The notes under the pieces: model-generated
Seen by the model: the letters and a program-made list of their open reading frames with translations, nothing else
What the model was told of the DNA's origin: nothing
The model's database searches: none
Part shown: positions 9,291 to 19,099 of the stretch, one piece after another
How the letters are laid out: every line of letters starts with the position of its first letter
How positions within the stretch are numbered: the first letter of the stretch is position 1
IMG/VR virus record: IMGVR_UViG_3300050120_000255
Location: 1-64,000 of that record
Source: a virus
DNA length: 64,000 bases
Reading direction: 5' to 3' (one strand)
Position numbers and translations under genes: made by a program

Positions 9291-10502
9291 CTAATGCTCG
9301 GAGCGCACCACAATGCTCCCACGCCGCAGTTCATCGCAGCGATCCGCCCACCACGCCATCATGCGGACGCGTTCGTCCCAAAAGTCGGCGCGGGCATAGG
9401 CCCGGCGGACGCTATCATTATCGACATGGGCGAGTTGACGTTCGATGGCGTCGGCGTTCCATAGGCCGCTTTCGTTCAAGATCGAAGACGCGGCCGAACG
9501 GAAGCCGTGGCCAGTCATTTCATCTTTCGCGAATCCGAGACGGCGAAGCGCCGCATTGATCGTGTTTTCGCTCATGCACCGCGCCGCCGAGCGGACGGAC
9601 GGGAAAAGGTACTTCCCGTGCCCGGTCATCGTCCGAAGTTCCCGCAAAATGGCGACGGAGCGGGAGGAGAGCGGCACGAGATGCGGACGCTTCATCTTCA
9701 TTTTTTCGCCCGGTATCGACCAGACGGCTGCTTCGATTTTGAACTCCGCCCATTCCGCCGCACGAAGTTCTCCGGGCCGAACAAAGGTCAGGGCAGCCAA
9801 TTCGAGCGCCACGCGCGTTTCCGGCGTCCCCTCATAGGTCGCAATGGCACGGAGAACACCGCCGAACGCCTTGGGCTCAATAATGGCTGCCCGATGCTGA
9901 ACTGTCGGAGTGGTTAGTGCGCCTTTTAGGGCGCCGGTAGGATCGGCCTCAGCGCGGCCGGTCCCGATTGCGAATCGGAAAACCTGCCCGATGGTTGCGC
10001 GGAGCCGCCGGGCCGTTTCATGCCTTCCACGCGATTCGACCCCGCGCAGGACGGCCAAAACTTCCGGCGCGGTGATCTCGGCGATTGGACGTGAGCCTAT
10101 CGCCGGCCGCGCGAGACTGAGCAGCCATTCGAGCTTACCCACGGTCCGATCAGCTTTCGACTCTCGCTTTTTCTTCTCCAGAAGCTCGGCGGCTATTGCA
10201 TCGAATGTATTCGCGGACGCGGTGGCCTTCGTTGCCTTGGCAAGCTGTTTCACAAGAGACGGATCCGTTCCAACGGCCAAAAGCCGTTTCGCCTCCTCCC
10301 GCGCGTCTCGCGCCTCGCGGAGGCCCGTCGCGGGGTAGACGCCGATCGCGAGTGTTTTTTGCCCCCCGCCGAACCGATAAGCGAGGCGCCACCGCTTGGC
10401 TCCATCCGGCATGATCCATAATTGCAGGCCACCGCCATCCGATAGCTTGACGAGGCGCTCGCTGGGCTTGGCCTTGCGAATTTCGATATCGGTAAGGGCC
10501 AT
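9291..10502 (-). CDS. int: P4-like integrase with arm-binding domain
   Basis: MALTDIEIRKAKP...DGGGL...W...YRF, RPGELR, HGFR, LAH, RAY. Confidence 0.95.
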   Translation of the reverse strand: MALTDIEIRKAKPSERLVKLSDGGGLQLWIMPDGAKRWRLAYRFGGGQKTLAIGVYPATGLREARDAREEAKRLLAVGTDPSLVKQLAKATKATASANTFDAIAAELLEKKKRESKADRTVGKLEWLLSLARPAIGSRPIAEITAPEVLAVLRGVESRGRHETARRLRATIGQVFRFAIGTGRAEADPTGALKGALTTPTVQHRAAIIEPKAFGGVLRAIATYEGTPETRVALELAALTFVRPGELRAAEWAEFKIEAAVWSIPGEKMKMKRPHLVPLSSRSVAILRELRTMTGHGKYLFPSVRSAARCMSENTINAALRRLGFAKDEMTGHGFRSAASSILNESGLWNADAIERQLAHVDNDSVRRAYARADFWDERVRMMAWWADRCDELRRGSIVVRSEH

Positions 10503-10665
10503 GTTGGTATCTGTTTTGTTGGTATCGACGTTGTACCAACAAATGTACCAACTTTTTGATCGGATATCAACGCACGTCAAAGGACGCTATCGGACCAATG
10601 CTAGACCATAAACTATTTCTTTTCAGTATGTTACAGACATTCTCGGACGCTGCCGGACGGTGATT

Positions 10666-10715
10666 TGGTGCCGCAAGAGGGATTCGAACCCCCGACCCCC
10701 TCATTACGAATGAGG
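10666..10715 (-). repeat. 3' half of tRNA-Thr(CGT): att junction between island and prophage
   Basis: revcomp CCTCATTCGTAATGAGG-GGGTC-GGGGGTTCGAATCCCTC-TTGCGGCACCA has anticodon arm, T-arm and CCA but no D-arm/5' half. Confidence 0.9.
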
Positions 10716-10915
10716 GTAGCCATAGACCAAGGCTACATAACTTTTACCTCTATTATCAGCATGTTACCGATTTACCACCGAGGTCTTTTTGGCTTCGGGT
10801 ACAGGATCGGGTACAGCTTGCTCCTCCGTCGCGCGATCGCCGGCCGCTGAACCGCCCAGGTCAGGACAAACCCGGCGGACCGCTTGGCCCCATCGAGGGG
10901 CTTTTGGGTCCTAAA

Positions 10916-10949
10916 AGAAAAGGCCCGCGATCGCTCGCGAGCCTTTTCT
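10916..10949. terminator. bidirectional intrinsic terminator after RNR
   Basis: AGAAAAGGC-CCGCGA...TCGCGA-GCCTTTTCT hairpin. Confidence 0.7.
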
Positions 10950-10970
10950 CCGATCAATGCGGTCCTCCGA

Positions 10971-12626
10971 CTATCCGCCGCAGGTCCCACCTTTGCCCGA
11001 AATATCGCAAATATCATGCGACTGGATAGCCTTGGTAAATTCCACACCGAGCAGATCTTTGGCTTCCGAATAGCGGACCGAGGTGAGGGGTTGTCCGCCG
11101 CGGGCGCCATCCGGATAGCAGGTGAAGCCGCGCAGCCGCTCCGCGTATTTAGCGAGGATCTTCGCGAACGGAACGACCTTGTCCTCGTTGTTCAACTCCG
11201 TCCCCCACTCTGGTAGATTAATGGTCGACGAGATCGCCTGGTCGACATAATCCTGAGTGTCCGCTTGGAACTTGATCCGGCGCTCCGGGTCTGCCGAGAG
11301 GTCGATCGCTGTTTCGATCGTATCCGGATCAACGCCGGTTTGATCGATGAGGAGTTGCGCGGTCGAATCCACAGTATATTGGTGATGCCAGTTCGTGCCG
11401 TCTTTAAGGTAGCGTCGCATGTAGGCGACCGCGAACAGCGGCTCGATGCCGGTGGTCGTGCCGGCGACGAGACCGATGGTTCCGGTTGGCGCGATGGCGC
11501 GCTTGGCGATCGGCCGGCTGATCCCGAGGGTGTCGGCGAATGAATCGGCGGCTCGGTCGCTTTCTTCCTTCCAGACGGCATACCACTCATGAAGCTCTGG
11601 CGTGACTTCGTAGCGGTATCGACGCTGCAGCAGCCACTCATGCACGCCCATGAGGCCAAGGCCCAGCCGACGGTTCTTCTCGCGCGTCTTGTAGACCTTT
11701 TCGAATGGCAGGTCGGCGCGGAGCGTTCCGAGGAGCAGGAAGCGGGACGCAAGGCGAACAACTTCGCGCAGATCCCGAGTGTCGGCGATGCGGCCAAGAT
11801 TTATCGACCCGAGGTTGCAGACGTCGCTGTCATCCTCGGACGTCACTTCGCAGCAGGCGTTACGGAGGGTCTCGTTTTCCTTGTCGTAGAAGTTGAACGA
11901 GAAACCAGGCTCGCCAGTCTTCAAGGCCTGATAGACGTTGTCAGTGAATATTCCACTGACGTCGCCGGTTGCCTTGTAGCCCTCGATCCAATCCGTGTCG
12001 TAATTGAGTGACACATTCGTCATGTCGAGCGGCGCCGGCCAATTGAAGTCGAGGCGCTTAATATCCGCAACGGTCAGATCAGTCCCCGGCACTTTGATCT
12101 TGTGCCAATCCTTATGAGTGATCAGTTCGTGCGCGTCGCCGTGCTGCCAGTTGAGGGATGCATAGATCGCGGAGCGCCGCGAGCCCCCCTGAAAGACGCG
12201 GCGCCCGATCTCGTTGGTCATCTCCATTTTTGGAATTGGGCCAGATGCGGTTCCGCCGGTGCGCCCAAGGGGCGCACCTTTAGGACGATAGATCGAATAG
12301 TCGTTCCCAATCCCGCCGCCCGTCATAAGCGCGGATTCGGCTTTCCAAGACGTGTTGGCCCAATCCTGCCGAGTATCCTCTTGCGACCTGAACAAATAGC
12401 AGTTGTTGAAGAACTTGGCCTTGCGGCCCGCGTAATAAAGGTAGCGGCCGCCGGGGATAAATTTCATATCGATCATAAATTGGACGAGTTGAGCTTTCTC
12501 GTCCTTGGGCATCTCCGTCCTACAGACATCCTCGACCAATGTGTTGCAGAGTTCGGGCCATGTTTCAGCCCCTTCGTGGGGATATTTTTGGTTGAAGATC
12601 GCCAACGCAAGCGGGTTGCGGAACAT
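10971..12626 (-). CDS. nrdJ: class II (B12-dependent) ribonucleotide reductase
   Basis: PGGR, NNCY, GGSRRSA, GEPG, NACCE, CNLGS, APTGT, C-terminal Cys pair; no small-subunit gene. Confidence 0.9.
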   Translation of the reverse strand: MFRNPLALAIFNQKYPHEGAETWPELCNTLVEDVCRTEMPKDEKAQLVQFMIDMKFIPGGRYLYYAGRKAKFFNNCYLFRSQEDTRQDWANTSWKAESALMTGGGIGNDYSIYRPKGAPLGRTGGTASGPIPKMEMTNEIGRRVFQGGSRRSAIYASLNWQHGDAHELITHKDWHKIKVPGTDLTVADIKRLDFNWPAPLDMTNVSLNYDTDWIEGYKATGDVSGIFTDNVYQALKTGEPGFSFNFYDKENETLRNACCEVTSEDDSDVCNLGSINLGRIADTRDLREVVRLASRFLLLGTLRADLPFEKVYKTREKNRRLGLGLMGVHEWLLQRRYRYEVTPELHEWYAVWKEESDRAADSFADTLGISRPIAKRAIAPTGTIGLVAGTTTGIEPLFAVAYMRRYLKDGTNWHHQYTVDSTAQLLIDQTGVDPDTIETAIDLSADPERRIKFQADTQDYVDQAISSTINLPEWGTELNNEDKVVPFAKILAKYAERLRGFTCYPDGARGGQPLTSVRYSEAKDLLGVEFTKAIQSHDICDISGKGGTCGG

Positions 12627-12658
12627 TAAAATTGATTCCTTCCTAAATGTATTTGGAA

Positions 12659-13291
12659 TTAATGGGTTGAATAGGGAGACGGGCCTTGTCGCAATACTGC
12701 AAGCAACTCGTCGATCCAATTCTGTAGATCGCTAATACTTCCTTCGTTGTAGACTATCGCGTCCTGCCTGACTTTGTAGCCTTCGGACGCATGCTCCGCG
12801 GTTCGTTCAACAACGGAAGAGCGAGCAATCCGAATGTGAACCCCTCCTAGATCGCGCACGGCCTGTGCTTCGTTCGCGAACCGGCAGTCGTCGACGACAA
12901 CAAAGCCGCCGCGATCCAACCGCGTCTGGACGCGCGATTTCCAGATCGTCATCCAAAAGTCAGCACCCATGCACTGGCGGGCCCATTCGGTCCCAAGCGT
13001 CTGCATGGCGTAGCGCGGCGTCTTGCCGCCAAGGATCTCTGCGGGGGTCTCTTTCTCCGCGCCGTCGACCTGCTCATGTGTGCAACCGAGCGACTTCAGC
13101 ATGTCCTTAATGGGACCGGCGAAGCGCGTATATTCGAAGCCGACTTTATCGACGAGGTACTTCGCGGCGGTGGATTTTCCCGCGCCGATCTCGCCGACAA
13201 ACGAGACAAGCCGGGGCCCGCGGTAGTCGTGAGTCCCCTGCATTGCTACGGCTTGAGCAAGCGCGAGTTCCTTCGTTAGCGAGTGGCTCAT
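12659..13291 (-). CDS. deoxynucleoside monophosphate kinase
   Basis: GEIGAGKST P-loop, FAGPIK, PRYAMQTLGTEW, DDCRFANE, HASE. Confidence 0.9.
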   Translation of the reverse strand: MSHSLTKELALAQAVAMQGTHDYRGPRLVSFVGEIGAGKSTAAKYLVDKVGFEYTRFAGPIKDMLKSLGCTHEQVDGAEKETPAEILGGKTPRYAMQTLGTEWARQCMGADFWMTIWKSRVQTRLDRGGFVVVDDCRFANEAQAVRDLGGVHIRIARSSVVERTAEHASEGYKVRQDAIVYNEGSISDLQNWIDELLAVLRQGPSPYSTH

Positions 13292-13629
13292 TGGAACAAC
13301 TCCGGGGGAGACGCGATGATGATTTCCTTGATGCCTGCAGCTTCGCTCTCGGCCTTGCAGGAGTTGCACGCGTAGGTATGCCCTTCGAGGTATAGCTTGC
13401 CTCCAATCGCATCCGGACCGGCGGCGATTATGGCGGAGACCTCGGCGTGAGCACCCTGCTTGCAGATGTCTTTGCAAAGGTGGTAGCCGACGCCACTTGG
13501 CATGTCGCCGCGCGGGCAGATTTCTTGTGGATTGGCGCAGTCGTTCTCGCCATAAAATCTATCACCATTTAAAGCGACGATGGTCGCGCGAACGACCTGT
13601 TTTGCGCAGGGACCTCTCATCAACATCAT
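13288..13629 (-). CDS. dCMP/cytidine deaminase-like protein
   Basis: HAE and ACNSC zinc motifs. Confidence 0.8.
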   Translation of the reverse strand: MMLMRGPCAKQVVRATIVALNGDRFYGENDCANPQEICPRGDMPSGVGYHLCKDICKQGAHAEVSAIIAAGPDAIGGKLYLEGHTYACNSCKAESEAAGIKEIIIASPPELFQ

Positions 13630-13648
13630 CCTCCTTCGTTGCGGAATT

Positions 13649-15373
13649 TTAGGTGCGGTATCGGCCGTTCTCGATGAAGACGAGCGCGCGCTTACCGTTC
13701 GAGTAGGCTGCGGTGTTGGCCTGCCTCCATGAACTGGGGCCCGCGCGGTTGAATTCGCGGCGCAGCAAGCAACTCACTCCGGCGATGTAGACGCCGTCCC
13801 AGATTCCAGGGGAGTGCTTGTCACCACCACTGGCCTTACCGGCGACTCGGGCCAGGGATGTCGGCGTTGCGCGCGACCCGTTGGGGCCTAGATCAAAGTG
13901 ATCACCACACTCAATGCCGCCGTGCGCTTGACAGATCTGGAATCCCTGCCCTTCGCGAAGCAGAATGACATCGTCTATCCGCGCAGCTTTGGAAGATCGC
14001 AAAGCGTGATGGATAATGTCGAATTCTGCATTTCCTTCGGCGATCGCGCGATGGCGGGCCAGCTCGAATTCGAGATAAGTGAGGGCATTCGCTCGGTCCT
14101 TGCGATGATCGCAACGGTCGAGCCATTTATTCAGCCATCGATCGTGATTGCTTCGAACGACGATGCTCTGTGAAAATTCGCGTGTCGTCTCTTGGAGGAG
14201 CCGTGCCCCTTGGTCGATCTCCCTCTGCAAAAGGTACTGACCGGCCACGTAGCGCTTGTAGCGCATAAGCGTGTTGTGTTCGTCGTGATGACTGATCGCG
14301 GCGTGATCAATCAAGTCATGGAAGAACTGATAGCGCGGACGAAGGAAGTCGGACATCCCATCGCCGGTCCGCCGCCAAGACTCGACGTCGAATCCCCAGT
14401 TCGCCATCGCGCATTCGGGGTCCAGATAGGGGCTATGGATGTCGCCGTAGGTGAGGGCCTCGATTCGATTGCCCGTCGTCACATGGCCATTTCTGTCGAT
14501 GCAAACGTCGAAATCTTGAAACGATCCGTCGGTCATTCCGAGGACATGACGCAGCGGCGTAAACCCGTCCGAACCTATCTCGGCGATCACGGCACCGTAG
14601 ACATGATGGAAGACGCCTTTATGCCCGGCCTTCGTATCGGTGTAATTCGGAACCGTGCATGTGCCGGTCGTCATGATGATTGGCGGCAGGTCGCTGTGCG
14701 CCGCAGGAATGGTCTCTAGGCCAACCTTGGCGTGCGGAAAGATTGCGTTGCGGCTCTGCCCGTAAGTGGCGAGCCCAGACAGCGGACGGTTCGCCGTCGG
14801 CAAGGTGTTCATCTCCGCGCAAAAGATTGCGCTGCCGATCGTCGTGCGCTCCCTCACGAGCACGTCTTGGATTTCGGGAGACCAACGATATTCCTGCTTC
14901 GTTTTCTTTTTTTCGTTGCGGTCGCGTTCGTCCGCCATGGCGGTTTGATAGGTGAACGGCGCACATAGAATTCGCGTGTTGCCGAGGTGCGCCGCGTAGG
15001 CGCGAAGGTTATCGAGGAAGGGCCGATTGACGTCTGTGTCGTTCTGCGCCGATGTGAGGAGCGCGTATTCTTTGCCGCGCGGCCGGGCCCAAAGAGGCTC
15101 GCGGCGAGGCAACTCTTTCAGCTTTTCGTTTGGCTCTTCTGGATCGGGGCCGATCTCCCAATCGACCTTCAACCCGAGGCGCTCATAGGGGCCGCCGGGA
15201 GCGACACGAGAGGCCAAAGTTCTGCGGGGAATCCTGAGCTGAGAAGCAGCGATTGCGATGGCGCCGGGGGTTCTTGCTGCGGGTTTTTCACCGATGCCGG
15301 CGAAGCCAGCGCGCAAAGCGCCCTCTACGGCCGCGATATCAATCTTCGCGGCCTCTATGTTCGTTAGCGCCAA
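13649..15373 (-). CDS. T5 A1-like metallophosphoesterase/nuclease
   Basis: LLTSAQNDT, GDIH, HDL, SNHD, GDKHSP motifs; N-terminal HTH-like segment. Confidence 0.8.
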   Translation of the reverse strand: MALTNIEAAKIDIAAVEGALRAGFAGIGEKPAARTPGAIAIAASQLRIPRRTLASRVAPGGPYERLGLKVDWEIGPDPEEPNEKLKELPRREPLWARPRGKEYALLTSAQNDTDVNRPFLDNLRAYAAHLGNTRILCAPFTYQTAMADERDRNEKKKTKQEYRWSPEIQDVLVRERTTIGSAIFCAEMNTLPTANRPLSGLATYGQSRNAIFPHAKVGLETIPAAHSDLPPIIMTTGTCTVPNYTDTKAGHKGVFHHVYGAVIAEIGSDGFTPLRHVLGMTDGSFQDFDVCIDRNGHVTTGNRIEALTYGDIHSPYLDPECAMANWGFDVESWRRTGDGMSDFLRPRYQFFHDLIDHAAISHHDEHNTLMRYKRYVAGQYLLQREIDQGARLLQETTREFSQSIVVRSNHDRWLNKWLDRCDHRKDRANALTYLEFELARHRAIAEGNAEFDIIHHALRSSKAARIDDVILLREGQGFQICQAHGGIECGDHFDLGPNGSRATPTSLARVAGKASGGDKHSPGIWDGVYIAGVSCLLRREFNRAGPSSWRQANTAAYSNGKRALVFIENGRYRT

Positions 15374-15410
15374 AGCGGAATCTCCGTCCGTCTATTAGTT
15401 GATGTGACAG

Positions 15411-15439
15411 ACGGTACATTCATCAAATAGATGAGTCAA
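15411..15439 (-). promoter_or_regulatory. sigma70-like promoter of the nucleotide-metabolism operon with flanking operator motifs
   Basis: TTGACT-N17-TACCGT on minus strand; motif copies at 15390, 15421, 15439. Confidence 0.6.
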
Positions 15440-15556
15440 TCTATCCGATGAATACGCCGCGGCTTATTGGGGGCCGAGGGCGCCGCTTGCGCCGGCATAG
15501 ATGGTCACGGATAGTGACAACCACCTTGCGCCTGCCGGTTTGACTGATGATTTAGG

Positions 15557-16708
15557 CTAATATCCGAGCAGTCGATCCAAGCACGCGAGCACTCGAGCGG
15601 GAATCCCATTTACGCGGTCTATGTATCCCGCCGGCGTCATATGCGTGCCGTCGTTCTGATACCAGTGAGGATCGTTCGAGTTGGATATAACCCTCGGATC
15701 GAAATGAAGGAAGGTTCGGGTGTCGATGACCTCGTCGACAAGAAGCGCCGCCTTGTTGGCTTGAACGTAATCAATCGCCTCGACGAACTTGGCGTTCTCT
15801 GAAACACTCGCGCCGCGCTGAATCGGACCGATCCAAACTACATTCGAATCGGGAACGATGGATTTGCAGGCGGTGATCAGTGGAATCAGCGAGTTGGTGA
15901 TGTAGTTTGGCGACTTCGCGAACGCCGCGCCGGGCGTCCCGACAGGAACGGACCCAAGCCCAGGGTTGCCGAGCAGATCAGCGTAGTTGAAGTCGTTCGT
16001 CCCGAGCCAGATGGTGAAGTTGACTTGCTGTCCTGGAAACACGACGAGCGACGACAAGAAATTGACGATCGCTTCCGCCCAGGGGCTGCCCTGAACATAG
16101 GCGAAGGCTGGTCCCCATGGTCCAGCGGGAATATTGCTCGCCCGGCAGCTATCCTGCCCAAACTTATAATGGATACGGCTTCGCGGTTCAGTCAGTGAGG
16201 AGCATGTGTAACAAAAGGCTGGCCCCTGAGTATCTCCGCCGCCAAGCTTATAAATATATGGAACGCCCATCTGAAGGATCGGCTGCGCAAAGAAATCAAC
16301 TGCAGGGGTTGACATTAATGGATACGTCCCGCCGCCGATGTCAGACGCGGAGATCGAGTCGCCGAGAAAGATGTTGATCTGCCGGTGAACGCCAGGGTTC
16401 CAGATGTTAACCAGGTTGGAGTTGAGCGAGAGCGCCGGCGTCGGTGCGGTATTCTGACTGGTATCGCCCGGTTGCGGCGCGTAGCCTGCGGCTACGAGCG
16501 ACGCATAGAGCGCATCCGGCAGCTCCGTCCATCGCGCGGTGCCGCTCTGCGTGAATGATTGGCTCAGCATTGCGGTCCCGCGAAAAGGCGCAACCTGTTG
16601 AAGCCTCGCATTCAGATACGAAAGATTTTGCAGCTCGCTCGACGCGGTTTGGGCAACGATGGATGTCGTCGCCGCGTAGGCTTGCTGCCCTCTCAGATAT
16701 TGCGTCAT
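15557..16708 (-). CDS. SGNH/GDSL hydrolase (putative virion esterase)
   Basis: LGDSI, LGTND, DGTH blocks. Confidence 0.8.
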   Translation of the reverse strand: MTQYLRGQQAYAATTSIVAQTASSELQNLSYLNARLQQVAPFRGTAMLSQSFTQSGTARWTELPDALYASLVAAGYAPQPGDTSQNTAPTPALSLNSNLVNIWNPGVHRQINIFLGDSISASDIGGGTYPLMSTPAVDFFAQPILQMGVPYIYKLGGGDTQGPAFCYTCSSLTEPRSRIHYKFGQDSCRASNIPAGPWGPAFAYVQGSPWAEAIVNFLSSLVVFPGQQVNFTIWLGTNDFNYADLLGNPGLGSVPVGTPGAAFAKSPNYITNSLIPLITACKSIVPDSNVVWIGPIQRGASVSENAKFVEAIDYVQANKAALLVDEVIDTRTFLHFDPRVISNSNDPHWYQNDGTHMTPAGYIDRVNGIPARVLACLDRLLGY

Positions 16709-17535
16709 GGGAAACTCGCAAAGTAAGCGTCATAAGTCGCGCGCTGCGCTAGAGTGGGGATACCGGCCCGAACAAATCCTGCGACGAACTCTGCAAACAG
16801 CCACCCAGCCGGAACAGTAATGGAATTGGCGCCCATGATTATGCCGTTGCCGCCAGGGTTGTTGTTGTTCAGCGCCCAAGGGAATGCTTCCGTGGGAGTC
16901 CATGTCTGCGTCGTATCGAGCACGCCGTTATGGTAGCTCGCATAGGTCGCCGGGCTTTGCCTGATATCGACTTCCCAGCCGATGCTAACCTTAGTCACCA
17001 CATCGGTAAGAGCGCCGCCGTTGGCGACGCCCACAGATTGATTGGCGGTCGTCAATGTCGTGTTGACGACGCCATCACGCACGGAGGAAGCCAGATATGG
17101 TTTGCGCCCGGTGCTGCCGTTGCTCAAAAATAGCTCGCAACGGCTTATACCGCCGGTGCCAGGTGGGGAGGTCGTTGACGCGCTCTGCGAGCAAAGAATA
17201 AGGGTCCGCGCGGAGCCGCCGGGGTTGAGATCGGGCCTCAGCAGCGCGTAAACAGTGATTGCATTGAGGCCATTGAACAGGTCTTGACGCACCAAGCTCA
17301 TGACGCCGGCGCCGTTAAAAAACGGGCCGCCGTTCACGCCCTTCGGCGGTTGCAACGTCTTGATCGGTTGCGCCCAATCGTAGCCGTTATTGGTCAAATC
17401 AGCGATATAGCTGATGGTTGGCGCCGCAAGACTGTCAGTCAGCGTGAAGCCTGTTTTTGTGACATCCCACCACGCCAGCAGCCCGGTCGTATCAAAAGGC
17501 GGCGTCGGGAGAATGATGGGCGCGGGGCGCGTCAT
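16705..17535 (-). CDS. LamG/concanavalin-like beta-sandwich virion protein
   Basis: LLAWWD...DLTNNG...QP N-terminus; YHNG; beta-rich. Confidence 0.55.
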   Translation of the reverse strand: MTRPAPIILPTPPFDTTGLLAWWDVTKTGFTLTDSLAAPTISYIADLTNNGYDWAQPIKTLQPPKGVNGGPFFNGAGVMSLVRQDLFNGLNAITVYALLRPDLNPGGSARTLILCSQSASTTSPPGTGGISRCELFLSNGSTGRKPYLASSVRDGVVNTTLTTANQSVGVANGGALTDVVTKVSIGWEVDIRQSPATYASYHNGVLDTTQTWTPTEAFPWALNNNNPGGNGIIMGANSITVPAGWLFAEFVAGFVRAGIPTLAQRATYDAYFASFP

Positions 17536-17538
17536 CGA

Positions 17539-18453
17539 TCAACGCTCCCGAAAAATGAAGGTGAGGTTTGCGGTCGCGGCGGTCGCCTGCCCATTCCAGT
17601 TGAGGCAATAGGACTCGTTTCCCAAATTCAAAACCCAAGGCTTGCCACCCTGCGCCGGCGACATTTCGGCGGGGATGCCGTTGCTCGGCGCCGTCGTCGC
17701 ATCGAGAGTCAACTTCAGAGAATCGACATTGCCGACAGAGGTGCCAAGAGTTGTCGGGCTGACCGTATAAACCTTCAGAGTCGCGCTCGCAGCGATATCG
17801 TTGCTGTCATTCAGGGCTGGAACTATCGCAGCGCCGAGCGTGCCGCCAGCATTCGCGGTGGTGCGCTTGACGAGAATAAGGTCGGCGAGCGCCAAGGCGC
17901 CAGATACGGCGCTGATTTTGACCTTGAGCAGCTCGACCTTCTTTGTTGTTGATCCGGAGATCGTCATGATGTCCGTCATTCCCGCGGCGATCGCTACATT
18001 GGGGACGGACACTGAATAGGTCGCGTAGGGTGCGCCGACGTTATCGACGGGCAGAGGATTCGCGGTGACGTTGACGGGAAAGGCACCAGGGCCGCCCTGC
18101 ATCGTTGCGAATTGGGACGAGGGAACCCCCGCGAGGCCATAGGCTGCCAGCAGAGTATTAACATAGGCCTTTGTCATGGCCATCAATGAGGGGGAGGACT
18201 GAACTCCGTCCCAAGCCGGGTCTTGCATCGAGCCAAGAGCTACGTCTGCTCCATCAGCGATCGTGATCGCTCCGCCGCTGGTGCCGCCGCCGGAGGAAGT
18301 GAAGGACTCCTGCCAACCGTTGGCCAGTAGAACTTCCGCATCGAAATCGGGCACACTGATCGAGGTTCCCGGCGTGCTCGTGTAGGTCCGACCATTGACG
18401 GTCACACTGTTACGGCTACCGTCAGCGGGCGGGACTACATTCACCATGGGCAT
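17539..18453 (-). CDS. putative structural/decoration protein
   Basis: Gly/Thr/Ala-rich; N-terminal domain paralogous to 41887-42183. Confidence 0.6.
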   Translation of the reverse strand: MPMVNVVPPADGSRNSVTVNGRTYTSTPGTSISVPDFDAEVLLANGWQESFTSSGGGTSGGAITIADGADVALGSMQDPAWDGVQSSPSLMAMTKAYVNTLLAAYGLAGVPSSQFATMQGGPGAFPVNVTANPLPVDNVGAPYATYSVSVPNVAIAAGMTDIMTISGSTTKKVELLKVKISAVSGALALADLILVKRTTANAGGTLGAAIVPALNDSNDIAASATLKVYTVSPTTLGTSVGNVDSLKLTLDATTAPSNGIPAEMSPAQGGKPWVLNLGNESYCLNWNGQATAATANLTFIFRER

Positions 18454-18471
18454 TAAAACGTCTCCAAAAAA

Positions 18472-18750
18472 TTAGCCGCCGTTGATATGCGGGACAGTCG
18501 GAAAATGATCTTTCAGCGCTACCCAAAGGAAGCCGATGAAACCTGTTATGAGGACCAAGATGAGCGTTCCGATCGTCTTGGATTTAATCAGTTCCATCGT
18601 CTCCCCCCACTCCTTGAGGCGATGAAAATCGCGCTGCATCTGAAGCGGGTTTGAGACATCGATTCCCATTCCTGAAAGAAATTCGCGGAGGGTCTCTTTG
18701 ACGGTTTCCTTGACGATTTCCTTCACCTGGTCTTCGGTCAGCGGAGGCAT
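18472..18750 (-). CDS. membrane protein (holin/spanin-like, C-terminal TM)
   Basis: coiled region followed by TIGTLILVLITGFIGFLWVAL. Confidence 0.65.
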   Translation of the reverse strand: MPPLTEDQVKEIVKETVKETLREFLSGMGIDVSNPLQMQRDFHRLKEWGETMELIKSKTIGTLILVLITGFIGFLWVALKDHFPTVPHINGG

Positions 18751-18794
18751 ATCGAATCTTTCCGGCGGGCGCCGATGAGTGGACTGGTCGGGCG

Positions 18795-18902
18795 TTAGGG
18801 ACCCAGGAGGGGCGCGATGAAGGAGAGGAATAATTTGTAGGCTACGCCGATCAAACAAAGGGAGATCGCCGCGACGCCGACACCGGCAAGTACGTTTCTC
18901 AT
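18795..18902 (-). CDS. 35-aa single-TM peptide
   Basis: MRNVLAGVGVAAISLCLIGVAYKLF; ATGA overlap and GGAGG RBS. Confidence 0.45.
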   Translation of the reverse strand: MRNVLAGVGVAAISLCLIGVAYKLFLSFIAPLLGP

Positions 18903-19099
18903 TTTCCCTCCTTGCCGCAGACGACGCGGAAGGTTCCGGGGATGCGCTGTCCCATCTGGAAGACGGCCCCCTGGTAGTGGGTACCGCAGGCGGATCGGTC
19001 GATTTCCACGTCCTGGGGGACTCTCCGTCCATCCAAGGCGAGGAACATGAGCGAGGCCTTGACGAGCAAGACCTTCGCTGCTGCCAAATGCAGCGCCAT
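18899..19099 (-). CDS. hypothetical protein
   Basis: translationally coupled to neighbours. Confidence 0.45.
   Translation of the reverse strand: MALHLAAAKVLLVKASLMFLALDGRRVPQDVEIDRSACGTHYQGAVFQMGQRIPGTFRVVCGKEGK

Larger units (their letters stand above)
1001..10715. mobile_element. integrative genomic island (P4-type integrase) with RM-like cargo
   Basis: flanking tRNA-end direct repeats, integrase adjacent to right att, AlpA, TACCAAC arm-type repeats at both ends. Confidence 0.85.

Noticed and set aside
10666-10715. intact tRNA-Thr gene
   Set aside because: Only the anticodon arm to CCA is present; sequence beyond 10715 cannot form the D-arm or 5' acceptor strand, so it is an att duplicate.
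1001-10715. PICI/P4-like satellite
   Set aside because: Has integrase and AlpA but no primase/replicase, terS or capsid-size genes.
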